A DNA stretch of 64,000 bases from Glaucostegus cemiculus (lineage: Eukaryota), in contig CDPCPM010000010.1 of the NCBI GenBank assembly GCA_976551045.1, positions 20,956,001-21,020,000 on the forward strand, given 5' to 3'. Each line of letters opens with the position of its first letter. The stretch's first letter is position 1. Position numbers and translations under genes: made by a program. Below, in pieces: positions 51,775 to 64,000 of the stretch. The notes under the pieces are model-generated. The model was not told the DNA's origin and searched no databases. It was given only the letters and a program-made list of their open reading frames with translations.

Positions 51775-52010
51775 AATCAGGTTTATTATCACTGATGTAT
51801 GTCTTGAAATTTGTTGTTTTGTGGCAGCAGTACAGTGCAAGACATAAAAGTTACTACAAGTTACCAAAAAAATAAATAAATAGCGCAAGAGGAATAATGA
51901 GGTTCCGTTCATGGACCGTTCAGAAATCTGATGGCAGAGGGGAAGAAGCTGTTCCTGAAATGTTGAGTGTGGGTCTTGAGACTCCTATACCTCCTCCTTG
52001 ATGGGAGTAA
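51775..52010 (-). mobile_element. Rex1-type LINE 3' end
   Basis: LLPSRRRYRSLKTHTQHFRNSFFPSAIRFLNG and tail GATAATAAACCTGATTCT. Confidence 0.8.
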
Positions 52011-53862
52011 TAATTGATGCAAGATAAACCTACAAGCCAAGAGTTTTAAAATTAATACAACAGCAAGGTTAGCAGGGTAGGGACATGGGAGAATGATTAA
52101 CTGAAATTCATCTCTCCTCAAATGACCTTCTTCGTACAGTATTCTTCAGAATCTAATTAGTAAGGAAGCAGGTTTGTAAATCATTAGCAATATTTCACTT
52201 TGTCACTGCCCAAAGGAATTTGAAATGCACAGCTATGGGTTGCTTTACTAGGAAATGTTCCACCAATGTAATTTATCTACTTGAAGGAGTTTTGAACTAT
52301 GAGACACCAATAAACTTCTGTCTTGTCTTTCACACAGTAAACATTTTCTCAACTTTCAATTTCTAATAGTTAAAAGTACACTATATAGAACATCTTGTAC
52401 TTAAAATAATGGAACAGAAACGCTCCAAAATACTCATTAAAATGCAGCAAATAAGTCCTAGAAACATTCAAGTTATAGGACTGGAACAACATTGGTAGTT
52501 AAGTTAGTCACTGAAACTAGCAGAATGCACTGGTCAGCAGTAGAAATAGAAAACTATAAACAATAAATATCTCAAATCATGTAGAATACACAAGCTCAAC
52601 TTTAATTTGTTGAGCCGAATTCACTTCCGCTCCAAGGCAGTAAAGCTCAAATTCTAAGACTGTCCCAGTCTAAAATACTGTTTTACTTATTGGTAATACT
52701 TTCTCCCCCCCCTCCCCACTAGAATCCCTAAATGCACCTGCTGCATCCAGCCGGTGGCTATTCTGTAGCCGCACACACATATATTAGATGACTGGCTCCC
52801 AATGAAATAGCACTGACTAAAACTGCAGCTGAAAGTGAGATCATTCTTTGGAGACTGCCATCACACCCTTGCCCAACAGCAATAGGTTTTGTTGAAAATG
52901 CAGTAGGCGAACTTTGCCTCTCACTAAGTAATCTCTTGCATCTGCACTACTTGATTGCCTGTTGCCACGTCACAATCATGTCAATTACTCCCTATTATGA
53001 CATTTTATGTCCATATTTATAGGTGCTATTGTCCCAACAATAAAATTAATTTCCTTCACTGCTGAGAAATTTCATATTTAGAATCTATTTTCTAGACTGA
53101 AGCAATGTCAGTGTTTTCAATTAATCTCCACACATCTCTAGAACGGCCACATGTAGACAATTGCTGCACATTTTAAAACAGTAGATAACCATTTGGAAAG
53201 GGCATGGTTTGGTTTAGTCAAACATAACAGCATTGTCATGTGATTAGAGTCAATCCACTGCACTGAACCAGACTTTGGATTCAGTGACAAATAGATCCTG
53301 CTATTATGTGTGACCTGTGTACAAATAATCAAATAAGATTTCTTTCTATCAAGCAGGTGGTTCATTCAGCTTAATCTGATTTAGTAATTAAAACAAGATT
53401 TTGTCCATGATTTATATTTTTTTTTAAGTCAACTCATTCAATTTCTTGCACTTTCTTGAGAGCAGCAAATCACTCTGGGGAAAGGTTACATGGGCGAAGG
53501 CTGCCTTTCTTATCATTACAATCAATCCTCCATGATGAACTTTATTCAAGAACTTTAAGCTATTGTATTTGGTGGTAAAGGAAGGCTAGAAGGTGTTCTG
53601 ACTTTATTTTCATTGGAATGTGGGCACTGAGTAGGATGTATTCAGAGGGTTGCTGGTGAGTTTCTTACCAAATGAGCCATCCCCACCTCGCCCTGCCCTT
53701 CCACCCAAGCACAAAAGATAATTTCAAATTCATCTCAACTTTCCCAAATAATACAACTCAACAAAAGAAATCTTATTTGATTATTTGTACACAGGTCACA
53801 CATAATGTACATCTAAATTTAGTACAAGATTTTCTTGTTCAGTACAAAATGTTTGTTCTTAC

Positions 53863-55222
53863 CCGGGAAAAGGTATCTGTTCCAGCCAGTCATCCTGCTC
53901 TGTACTGTAGTAACTATGTCTGGACAATTCATGCCCTGCATCCTCATTTTCACTGTCACCCAAGGCACTATCTGAGCTTTCATTTCTGGGAATATCCCAC
54001 TCGATCACAGGTGGTGCTTTTTTCTGTGAACGGTCTTCTGCACAGTGGTTATGAATAGAGGCCTTGTCCCTGGTGTCCTGCTCAGCAGAACTGAGTGCAT
54101 GTGATTCTAAATCCATTGAATACACTTTACAAGTGCAAATGCAACTGCTCCCATTCAGGCCACATTGCTGTTCATTGTCCTGAATACCAAGTCCCAGATC
54201 CAAAATATTTTGCTGTCCAACTTCTTGCAAATCCTCTTTAGGAAGATCATCGATGGTCTTTGCTTCTATTAAATTACCTTCATTAAAATATTCATCAAAT
54301 AGACTCAAGCTTCCTTCATGTGAAGGATCCCATTCATAACTCTGTGTATTGGACAATATTTCCTTTATCCTATTTGTTTTGTTTTGGCCCAGAGTTTTCT
54401 TCGATAACTCTTCCTGTGCTCTTTTTTTAAGCTGCTCAATGCCTTTCTGTAGTGCCTCACTGGTCTCTTTTCTCTTGGCTTCTGTATCGGAGTCAGGTGA
54501 GAGTGATTCACCAATCTGAAAAGTAACTTTTTGCATTGAACTGGAACAATTCTGGAGATGATTTTCACTACACGGAATAGGAGGAGGCAACTGTTTATCA
54601 GGAGGCTGTTTCTCGATTACAGGTTCTACGATGAGACTTTGGTCTACAGCTGCAGATCCGACAGACAGCAACGTTTCAGTCTTGGTTTCCTGCAGAGGGT
54701 GTATGCTTTCTTTGTATGGCTTGATGGCATTTTCTCTGCAGACAGCTGGCAAATTTGCAGTACAGCTACTTGGACCACAATTTGTTTCCCACAAATTCCT
54801 GTGAGATTGCATCAGTGCACCATTTGAACCACTTGCCTCTTCCTGCCTGTTAATATCTTGGTGTTCTTTTCTAGGATGAAGGGGGCACTTCTCGGTCTGA
54901 GGGATACCGACAGCACTGTTTTGCGAAAGAGCGTTTTGGTTTTGCAAAATGGTTGGATAAAGGGAACTTTTATTCCGGTGAAGCGTAACCACGACGTACT
55001 CGGACTCTTCTACCTCCCCTTTCTCAAGGGACGTGGTCATTACTGACTCGCTCATTTCAGAATCACCATCCCCTTCCACCACTAGCTGGGTTTCCTGCAG
55101 CTCTGAGCATCGAATGAAATAGGTGAGGAAGTGCAGCAGCCTCTGGACCAGCTCTTGCCGCTTGCCAACTACCACCGTCCGGGCTAGTCTTACAGGAGAA
55201 CCTATTGCACCATGCAGATCAA
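53863..55222 (-). CDS. FNIP1: FNIP1 large coding exon (1360 nt)
   Basis: Lies within ORF 53859..55229. gacAG acceptor and GG|gtaag donor. Motifs GAIGSPVRLARTVVVGKRQ, LTYFIRCSELQET, LEKGEVEESEYVVV, HRNKSSL, SLFDEYF and WDIPRNESSDSALGDSE. Phase 1 to 2. Confidence 0.97.
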
Positions 55223-56174
55223 CTGTCACAAAAATAAATAGTTAAGCTTAGGAGAGCAGTTTTATTAATTGGGGAAGGGGGGGTGGGGAAGAGAATGTGA
55301 AGATATTGATTAAGATAAACCAACAGCAGGGCTTTGGAAAAGTTCTTTTCCCATTAGCAAAAGAACTGCGCTTCCTCAAACAGAATATGAACAACTCTAC
55401 AATAATGTAATTCCTCTCCATAGTTTTCTGTTAAGCACCCACACAACACGAGTTTTTGTTTTGAATTTCCCATTGTGGCCTCCAATGCAATGGAGTTCCA
55501 AAATATTAAATAACACAGTGCCATGTAAGGTTTTGTCAATGGATGGGAAACCATAGGGAATCCGTTCTCAAAGTCAATTTGAAATAGATTAAGAGTACTA
55601 AGATTTTACCCTAGTCTAACTTAAATGAATCTAGGTTCCACTGCAATGCCACCTCTCCATTCTATTGGTACATGATTTCTCGGAAGCTTTCGGCTACAAT
55701 TAGAAAAATATTGGTTTAGCAATTAGAATTTGATCTTTAAAAAAAAATCAAAGCTACAGTAGTCGCTGTTCAAGGCAATAGATGTTGGTGAACAATTCTA
55801 TATGCACCATGTAATGCATTTAGGTTAAAACTGATACAAAGACCAAAATATTATATAAAGAATCAGAGACCAAGAAAGTAGTCTTTTGTAAATTTTATAA
55901 TCAGGAAGTTTTAGCAATTATAGAGCTATAGAACATTAAATATTATGTACGAGTTTATATTGTTAATCACATAGCTAAAGATTTATTATGCACAACACTC
56001 AATCAAGTACAAATTATGTGCAATTCATCCTGATCAACAGTCATTAGAAATAAAAGTGTCAAGTCAATTGCCCCTAGGAGCCTGAGCATTAAATAAGATT
56101 ATGGTTGAACTTTTATCTGTGGCATTTTCCTGCACTAAATCCCTGTCCCTTAATAACTGGAAAAAAATGTCAAA

Positions 56175-56400
56175 CTGTGTTGAATACACCTAGCAATTGA
56201 GCCTCTGAAGCCTTCTGGGATGGAGAATTCCAAAAATTCACTACACTGAGTGAAGACATTTATTCTCAGTGCAGTGCTCCATGGCCGACCCCTGATTTTG
56301 ATATCATGACCACGGGTTGTGGACACCTCAGGCAGGGAAAATATCACCCCTACATCTACCCTGTCAAGCCCCTTAACAGAACATTCGCAGAGATGCCCTC
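56175..56400 (-). mobile_element. Degenerate CR1 3' fragment
   Basis: KGLDRVDVGVIFSLPEVSTTRGHDIKIRGRP. Confidence 0.7.
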
Positions 56401-56607
56401 TCCTCTTAAGGCAAGGAAAGCAGGCATAGACATTAAACTGCAAGCTCAACAATTCATGTTATCTACTGTATACTTGACCATTTGATTAGATTTTCCTTTT
56501 TATTAAAGTAGGTGACTTGCACAGCTGAAATGGGTTTAATCATGAAACACATGCATTTTTAATGATTGTCCAGTTTGCAAGTCTAACTTATATTAAAAAA
56601 AACATAC

Positions 56608-56777
56608 CTAATTGGGCCCACAGAGGATTATAGGGGTTTGATTTTGAAAGCATATCAACACTTTGAGAGGAATGTTTTTCCAAGAAAACCTTAATAGGTG
56701 GTTGACCATTTGGCATAACCGTAGGGACCCAGGCGAGATGATTCGTGAGCACAGCAGTAATGAGGGCAGGTAGAAAT
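56608..56777 (-). CDS. FNIP1: FNIP1 internal coding exon (170 nt), [56 protein letters not shown]
   Basis: atcAG acceptor and G|gtatgt donor. [19 protein letters not shown] is FNIP1-type (FNIP2 recalled as [19 protein letters not shown]). Phase 2 to 1. Confidence 0.96.
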
Positions 56778-58349
56778 CTGATTAAAGACAAGATAAACAT
56801 TTAAGCAAATTAGATAAATCATATACATCTATGCAACTTGTACATTTAATAATAAGCACACAGTTTACCTCATAGCAAAGGATGGTAACACCAAAGAAAT
56901 ATATCATGGCATCATTTCACTGAGAGAGACTACAATAGAAGAGGTTTAAATTCCAATCTGTCAGTCTCCTGCTCTCATTCAGATCAACATAGGGACAAGA
57001 AGCCCTATAAATACAGACATATTGCTGAAGAAATTTTGAACTTTAGTAGTTCAAGCAAAAAGTTCAGAATCAACTATCCAAAATAAAACTCTGGAATCAA
57101 TAAAGAAAGCTACCTTTTAGTTATTGCATAGCAATAAGAATATGCAAGCTAAACACTAAATGAATATTTTGGAATCAGAAAACACATAGCTGTGGAACCA
57201 CTCACAAATGACCAGGACTCTAATCACCTTGTGGAACTTCAGGATTCAAAAGAGCCTAAAAATGCCACAACCACACAAAGCTCCAACCCTTACCCACAGC
57301 AAGAGGAGTTATCCCCATGTGGCCCTTTGATTATCCTGAAAATAGGCCATGCACCCATGCAAGCAATTAAGAGACTTTTCTACCTCTCTCACGCAAAGAT
57401 GGCAAGGGGCTTACAGTGACTGGGAGTGCATAGGAAGAAATAAATATTGGTCACAAACAAAATAGCAAGAATTATTTACCTTGCTGGATACTGAATAGTT
57501 TTTTTTAAAAAAAAACTTATGTATTTCTGTATAGACAATAAATACCCTGAGATTCAAATTGATTATGCAGAGAGTGCAGCTGACCTGGCTTTGAGTGAAC
57601 TAGGATGTACTTCAGGTAGAACTGAGCATTTGAAATTTCAAGATCATCATAATGTGCCTCTCTGTGGCAAGTTCTAAAGTGGTTAGGAATTGGGTTAGTA
57701 TACAAAAGCAAAAAGAGAGAGAATGTGTAGTAGGTTTTTTAAAAAAAAACACAATCACAATTTAATTACAATAGTTAAGATACTTTTGTTTTTGTAATTT
57801 TTCCTGCTTGTATTTTTTAAGAGGGGAAGTAATCGACTTAGTTTTTTTTAAAAGTGCAATTCCCAGTTCAACCACCAGATGGGGAACAAGAAACATTGGA
57901 CTGAGCCAGAATCCAATTTTGCCCATTTAATGAACCTGGCCTCCACACTTTTCCACCTCCCGTCCTCCATCACTGAACCGTTGTAAGGGGAAACTACAGT
58001 GAAGCCCCTACCCTGTCACTCCATTACATATGCTTAGAAAGCATGGATTAATTTAAAAGCGCAATTGGTTTTGGCCATGCAACTTTAAAGATTCAGTCAA
58101 GTCAAAAGTCATTTTAAAAAATGTGGAAACATATCTGCAGTCCCAATAACATGCAGTACTCCCCAGTCCTGTCAAACTACAGATATAATATAGCAAGCAA
58201 AAGACCAAATTCCCACATCCCCTCAACACTGCTGGCAATAGGTGGGGGGGAGGAAGGTCAATTTCTCTTTTATTAGCTTCATTTCAAAAGAATCATCAGG
58301 GAGAAGGTCACAACAGGAGTGGGAGCACATCTTGAGAACAGTGATCACA

Positions 58350-60740
58350 ACTCTTAAGTTTTAAGATAGATAAGACCGGACCTTGGGGAAAGTGCTAAAC
58401 TGGGAAAAGGCTAATTACAACAGTATTAGACAGGAGCAGAGGAGAGTAGATTAGGAGTCAGTGTTACTTGTTATGTTCGCACCTGACATGTGGGAGTCAT
58501 TTAAAAGGTCAGCTGGTCAGAATTCAGGACGAAAGTGTTCTTGTGAAGAAAAGCAATAATGGTTTGGTTTGGATTGGAAACCTTAGATGACAATAGATAT
58601 TGCAAATTTAGTAAAAAAGTAAAAGGAAGCATTCGTAAAAATTGAGAAGCTGAAATCAGACAGGGCCCTTGAGGAACAAAGGAAGCAGGATACAACTTAG
58701 GGCTAAAGGAGTCCATGAAATGTTGTTGATGAGTAGGATTGAAGGAAAATCTCAAGGCATTTTATACACACATTAAAACAAGAGGGTAGCTAAGTAGAGG
58801 GTAGGCCCATTCAAGGACAAAGGAGAGAGTTCATGTCTGGAACCAGAGGAAGTGGGTGAGGTAATAAATGAGTACTTAGCATTGGTATTCACCAAAGGAC
58901 ATGGAGAATAGCAAGGTCAGGGAGGCATATGCTGATATTCTAGGCCATATTGATATCAAAGTGATGGTGGTGTTGGGTCTCTTGAAGAATGTTGAAGTGG
59001 ACAATTCCCATGTCTTGATGAGATCTATCCCAGGTTACTGAGAGAGGCAACAGAGGAGCTTGCCAGCGGCCTTGAGAGAGGTCTTTGTATACACTTTAGG
59101 CACAGGTTCTTAGGGACAGGATTTACTCACCTCTGGAAAAGCGTGGACTCATTAAGGATAATCAGCAAGGTATTGTGCAGGGGAGGTCATGTCATACAAA
59201 TGATTGAATATTTTGAGGTGACGAAGATGACCTAAGGGTAGGGCAGTGGATGTTATGTACATGTACTTTAGTGAAGCATTCCACAAGGTCCCTCATGGTT
59301 GGCTGTTCAAGAAGATTAAGGCACAAGGTATCCACAGAGACTTGGTAGATTGGATTCATAGAACATAGATACCTACAGCACAATTCAGGCCCTTTGGCCC
59401 ACAAAGCTGTGCCGAACATGCCCCCCCACTATTAGGCTTACCCATAGCCTTCTACCTTATTTACCTCCATGTACTTATCCAACAGTCTCTTGAAAGACCC
59501 TAACGTATCCGCCTCCACCACCATCTCCGGCAGCCCATTCCATGCACTCACCACTCTCCGAGTAAAAAACTTACCCCTAACATCTCCCCTATATCTTCCC
59601 CCCAGCACCTTAAACCTATGTCCTCTTGTGGCCACCATTTCAGCCCTGGGGAAAAGCCTCTGACTATCTACCCTATCCATACCTCTCAAAACTGGCTTGG
59701 CCATAGAAGACAGGGCAATGGTGGATGGATGTTACCCTGGGGTCTATGTCCAGTGGAGTTCCCTGGCGATCAGTGCTACACTTTTTGTTTGTGATATATA
59801 ACTGACATGGACAAAGACATAGATGGGCTGATTAGTAAGTTTGCAGACGACGTAAGAATTGGTGAACATGTGGATAATGAGTAAGGCTGTTAAAGGATAC
59901 ATTAGGAATATAGATCAATTGGAAATTTGGGTGGAGAAATGGCAGATGGAGGTTAATCTAGACAAGTGTCAGGTGTTGCACTTTGGAAGGTCAAATACAA
60001 GTAGTGTACAGTAAATGGCAGGTCCCTTGGGAGCATTGCTGTGCAGGGGGACCTTGGGGTGCAAGTCCACAGCTCCCTGAAAGTGGCAACACAAGTAAAT
60101 AGGGTAGTACAGAAGGTGCACAGCATGCTTGCCTTCAGTCAGGAAATTGACTATAAAAGTTGTCAAGTCATGTTGCAGCTGTATAAAACTTTGGTTAGGC
60201 CACATTTGAAATATTGTGTGCAGTCCTGCTCGCTGCATTACACGAAGGATGTGAAGGCTTTGGTGAGGGTATAAAAGAGGTTCACCAGGATTATAGAGTA
60301 TTAGCTACAAGGAGGAATTGGACAAACTGGGGTCGTTTTCTCTGGAGTATTGAAGGTTGAAGGGCAACCTGATACAAGTACACAGAATTGCTAGGCATAC
60401 ATAAAAGGTACTGTAGATAGCCAGGGGCTTTTTCCCTGGGTGGGAAGTGTCAAATACTAGAGGGAATAGCTTTAAGGTGAGGGGGGAAAGTTTGAAGGAG
60501 ACTTGCAAAGCAAGTTTTATTTTTACACAGAGTGGTAAATGTCTGGAACACACTCCCAGGGGAGGTGGTGGGAGCAGATACAATAGCAACATTTGAGAGG
60601 CATTTAGGCAGGCACATGAACAGGCAGGGAATGGAAGGATATAGATCATGTGCAGACAGATGGGATTAGTTTAAATAGGCATCAAACATTCATGGGCTGA
60701 AGGGCCTATTCATGTGCTGTACTCTTCTATACTCTATGCT
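58350..60740 (+). mobile_element. Degenerate CR1/HER1 LINE interrupted by an inverted young CR1 3' end (59358-59687, minus)
   Basis: Plus: SKFADD and LYKTLVRPHLKYCVQ. Minus ORF 59438..59704 [36 protein letters not shown]. Host sequence rejoins as TGGATTCA|AAACTGGCTTGG. Confidence 0.85.
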
Positions 60741-60945
60741 TTATCTCATGGCAGTAATTGTGGGTATCTAGTCACAGATGTTCTGACAACAAACATTTTG
60801 ACATGCATAAGGGAAATGGAAGAGAAGGAATGGGAGGGAAACATTTAACAGAAAAGTTTGAAAGCAACAATTAAATGTTTCGCATCTTTCCTGCAAACAT
60901 TACTTCTCCTTTCAAAAGGTGTGAAAAATGTTCTCAATACTTAAC

Positions 60946-61092
60946 TGGTTCTTTGAAGCTTGCTCCATCAACAAAGCAAATTCTCTCATGAGCTGTTGAC
61001 AAAGAAGGTTCTTTTCAGGAGCCCCAGACATCATAGTCAACCACACAGGCTCTGCAATCCTTGGCATTGTGTAAAGATTATGTATCGCTGTC
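60946..61092 (-). CDS. FNIP1: FNIP1 internal coding exon (147 nt), [49 protein letters not shown]
   Basis: aattAG acceptor and CA|gttaag donor. Conserved FNIP motif [19 protein letters not shown]. Phase 2 to 2. Confidence 0.95.
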
Positions 61093-62656
61093 CTAATTTG
61101 GGGTCAAGGTATGGGAGAGAAAATGGTCAAGTTTTTGCGATCTGCAAAGATCAATTTTTTTTTTACTTGAAAAGACAGAGTTTGTGCACACTTTATTTTT
61201 CCTCATTCCAGCCATAATATTTAAACAAAAATTGCTGTATCCACACTGCTGGAGTCACTTAAGGCGAGTTGTTCCTGTACAATATCCAAGACTGTCCAAA
61301 TATATAGCATATCACGCACTTGTTGTGGTTAGAAGGCTGACTATATTTCACTGAACAACATTCTACTTTCTATTCTTACAGCCTCTGGCATAAACTGCAA
61401 CTGATATACAGTCCCCTGAAAGCTATCACATTCTACTGGCATTGGACCAGCAGACATATGACCAGTTGAGAAGAAATCTAGATCTCGGGCAATTTAGTCT
61501 GCATCCAAAAAAAAAAGTGTTCTCCACAGCTGCTGCAATTCTTTCATTTCAAAAGGGAAAATGTTATTTTTCTGTCTACAAGTGCATTAACAAAATAGTC
61601 TTAAGTTAAAAGATCTTCCACTTATTTCTAAGTTTGTTTGCTACAGCAGGTTTATCCAAATGTCACAGCACAAAGTCTGAACAAACAGCCAGATTTTAAA
61701 AAAAAATGCTCTTCATACATAATTCACAGAAATATTTCCAGTTATAAAGGTTGTTGGCAGTTATGTACTACAGCAATTCATTGTCTATAAATAGCACTGG
61801 CAGCAAAGTATCAACAGGCATGTGTAACTACAGTAGCTGTGACAGCAGTTAGGTAACCTCTGACTCAAGGACAAGACCCCAGAAAAACCCTCAGCTAGTA
61901 TGTCTGTTCCTAGTTGAAAATGCTTGATGCATTTGTAGCCATTTATCAAGCTTGATTTTGGTCTTATTCCAGACTTCTGTAAAAATGAAGGTGCTTTTTA
62001 CAGCTGATTTGTACTTTGTAAAATAACTCATTGATAATATCATATCCTACATTGAAACAAGTCATCCTGAATTGAACATGTGTAGTATAACAAAGTCATA
62101 CTTTTGCCAGGCAGCTCTTAATACGTCATCACCAGTTGGGGGTCTAAATTGGAATGATAATTTTACCATGAAATGAAAAAAGCTCAGCTGTTATATAGCT
62201 TAGAAATCCTTTTGTGAATTGAAGTAATAGTAGATTTGATTAAGTTTAAGAACATCAGTGATACAAAACATTAATTTACCATACTGAATTTCACAATTAC
62301 ATTTTCAATTTGAACCAGAAGTCGAATGATTTTGATATCCAACTAATTTAGCTAAATTAAGAACGATAAACAAGTGTAAATTATTAAGACCCAAATTGGG
62401 TAATAAAATACATGTGGAATGGTTTATTAGTGTGCCGTTATCTGACTACCTTACTGATTTATGAATGGTATGCCTTGCTAGAATCATCACTGCATCAGCC
62501 GAAAACTGGAGAAGGCAATCAAGACTCAAATGTTTATTCTTTCAGGATAACAAGTTTTAAAATGCTGCAATATAAATGGATCTTAACTCTAAGCAAGACT
62601 TCTGTAGGGATACAAAGACAACAGAACATGATATATAAGTATATTAAAATATTCAC

Positions 62657-62742
62657 CTGAATTCATTTAAAGCATCCACAATTCTATTGGAACTCACGAC
62701 ACGCTGGTTTGTCTCAGAAATTCTATTTCTCATTTTCATAGC
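62657..62742 (-). CDS. FNIP1: FNIP1 internal coding exon (86 nt), AMKMRNRISETNQRVVSSNRIVDALNEFR
   Basis: cttttcAG acceptor and AG|gtgaat donor. Translation matches recalled vertebrate FNIP1 AMKMSRRS...NRIVDALNEFR. Phase 0 to 2 fits the next exon. Confidence 0.93.
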
Positions 62743-64000
62743 CTGAAAAGAACAAGAAATCCAACTGTTAAGTAAGTTATACTAGTGATTTATACCCTTT
62801 TGCAACATGTTTAGGGAAGGTTATAGCTTTATATAAGAATGGAAGGTTCCAGATCAACCTGTTAACACTGCTTTCATAAGGCTTTATTACTCATGCATCA
62901 CGTTCTGCTCAATAACTATGCAAATATCTAATGAAATCTTGGATTTTAACCAGCATCATGATCTATGAGTAGGTAGAAGCTATTTAGCAAGAATGCATTT
63001 AATTAATTGTTGCTGAAGTTCCTTAGAATGTTTGAAACACTATATATTATAATTTTGTGACCACATCATCATAGAACATCATGGACAGGAAAGTTTCTAT
63101 ATAGCCAGTTCAGCTCTTGGCCAAGGGCACTTTTACCTTGGCAGCTGATGAATACTGCCTGCCAACCAGACACCTTGGCTCAGTGGCTTAATGCAAAGGT
63201 TGTAAAGAGGGAGAATCCTCTCCCCGATTGTTCACCACACTCTACGTTCTCAATAGTGCAGCATTTATTTAGCAAGATATAGAGGCGTTCCAACCTGGTC
63301 AATGTTTTGTGAGCAGCAATCTGTGCAGCTCATTACACTTAACCGTTTCATGTTGCTGTTCTTCCCTCAGAGAAACTTAAAGCAATACATGAGTTTTTTG
63401 GTGGATAGCTATTTGCAATCCTTCCAATGAAATAAAGGGTAGAAAATAGGAGGTATTTTTGAAGTTATGTACCTGCCAATGATGATGTGGAAGCAGCTAC
63501 AAAAATGGATAAAATCCAAGTTACTCAGTTGACTAGTTACTCTGTCTAATCAAACCAGCAGAGGTAGATGTGTCACTCAGGAGAAGATTTATTTCCACTT
63601 TACTCCAAATAGATGCAAGTCTCTATTAGGTCATATAGCCTATCTAGATAAGAAGGAAGTGTTCACGTAATATGTTCTAACAGGAAATGCAATTAAAGCT
63701 TACTCAACTGCACCACTTCTCTGTAGACACTTGGAAATGATAAATGATCAGTTCTGGCAATCCAAACACAGAAAAATGAGGGTCTCCCATGTGGGAACAT
63801 GGATGAGGCCTTTGCAGATTATCAGCTGTCTAATTAAAACAAATATTAAATCCAAGGATGGATAGCTGGAGAAGAATTAACAAACTTCATCATGCAATGG
63901 AATAAGTACTTGTTTCCAATTATTTTCTAGAACTGAATTCAGCTGATTTCATGAGGTCTTTCAATCCTCACATAGAGGAAGTGTCAAGCTGACTGTTCAC

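Noticed and set aside
40980-62742. Calling the gene FNIP2 and its neighbour RAPGEF2
   Set aside because: Diagnostic residues ([43 protein letters not shown]) are FNIP1-type, so synteny favours RAPGEF6, although the 23-aa exon alone is ambiguous.

Overview
Vertebrate genomic DNA, most likely from a cartilaginous fish (ray/skate-like, inferred from the CR1/HER1-type LINE, V-SINE and Penelope repeat mix). There are two genes on the minus strand. The first is FNIP1, with its last eight coding exons (62742 to 40980, all GT-AG and phase-consistent) and a ~2.4 kb 3'UTR. The second is RAPGEF6, with its CpG-island promoter and 69-nt first coding exon (15498-15430); its intron 1 runs off the left edge. 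The ~22 kb intergenic region holds the most unusual material: (1) a very old, minus-strand LTR-pol-env-LTR provirus (~25.5-33.1 kb) with spuma/lokiretrovirus-like RT and integrase motifs that the ORF track misses; (2) many Penelope-like pseudo-LTRs carrying minimal hammerhead-ribozyme cores, including inverted structures and a young 130-bp hairpin mini-element with a 14-bp TSD; (3) signal-peptide/TM-like small ORFs and candidate exons of a divergent transcript. Introns contain nested CR1/Rex1 insertions and a perfect 43-bp inverted repeat beside the large FNIP1 exon. All family assignments come from manual reading and recalled motifs; no searches were run, and repeat boundaries are approximate unless stated.
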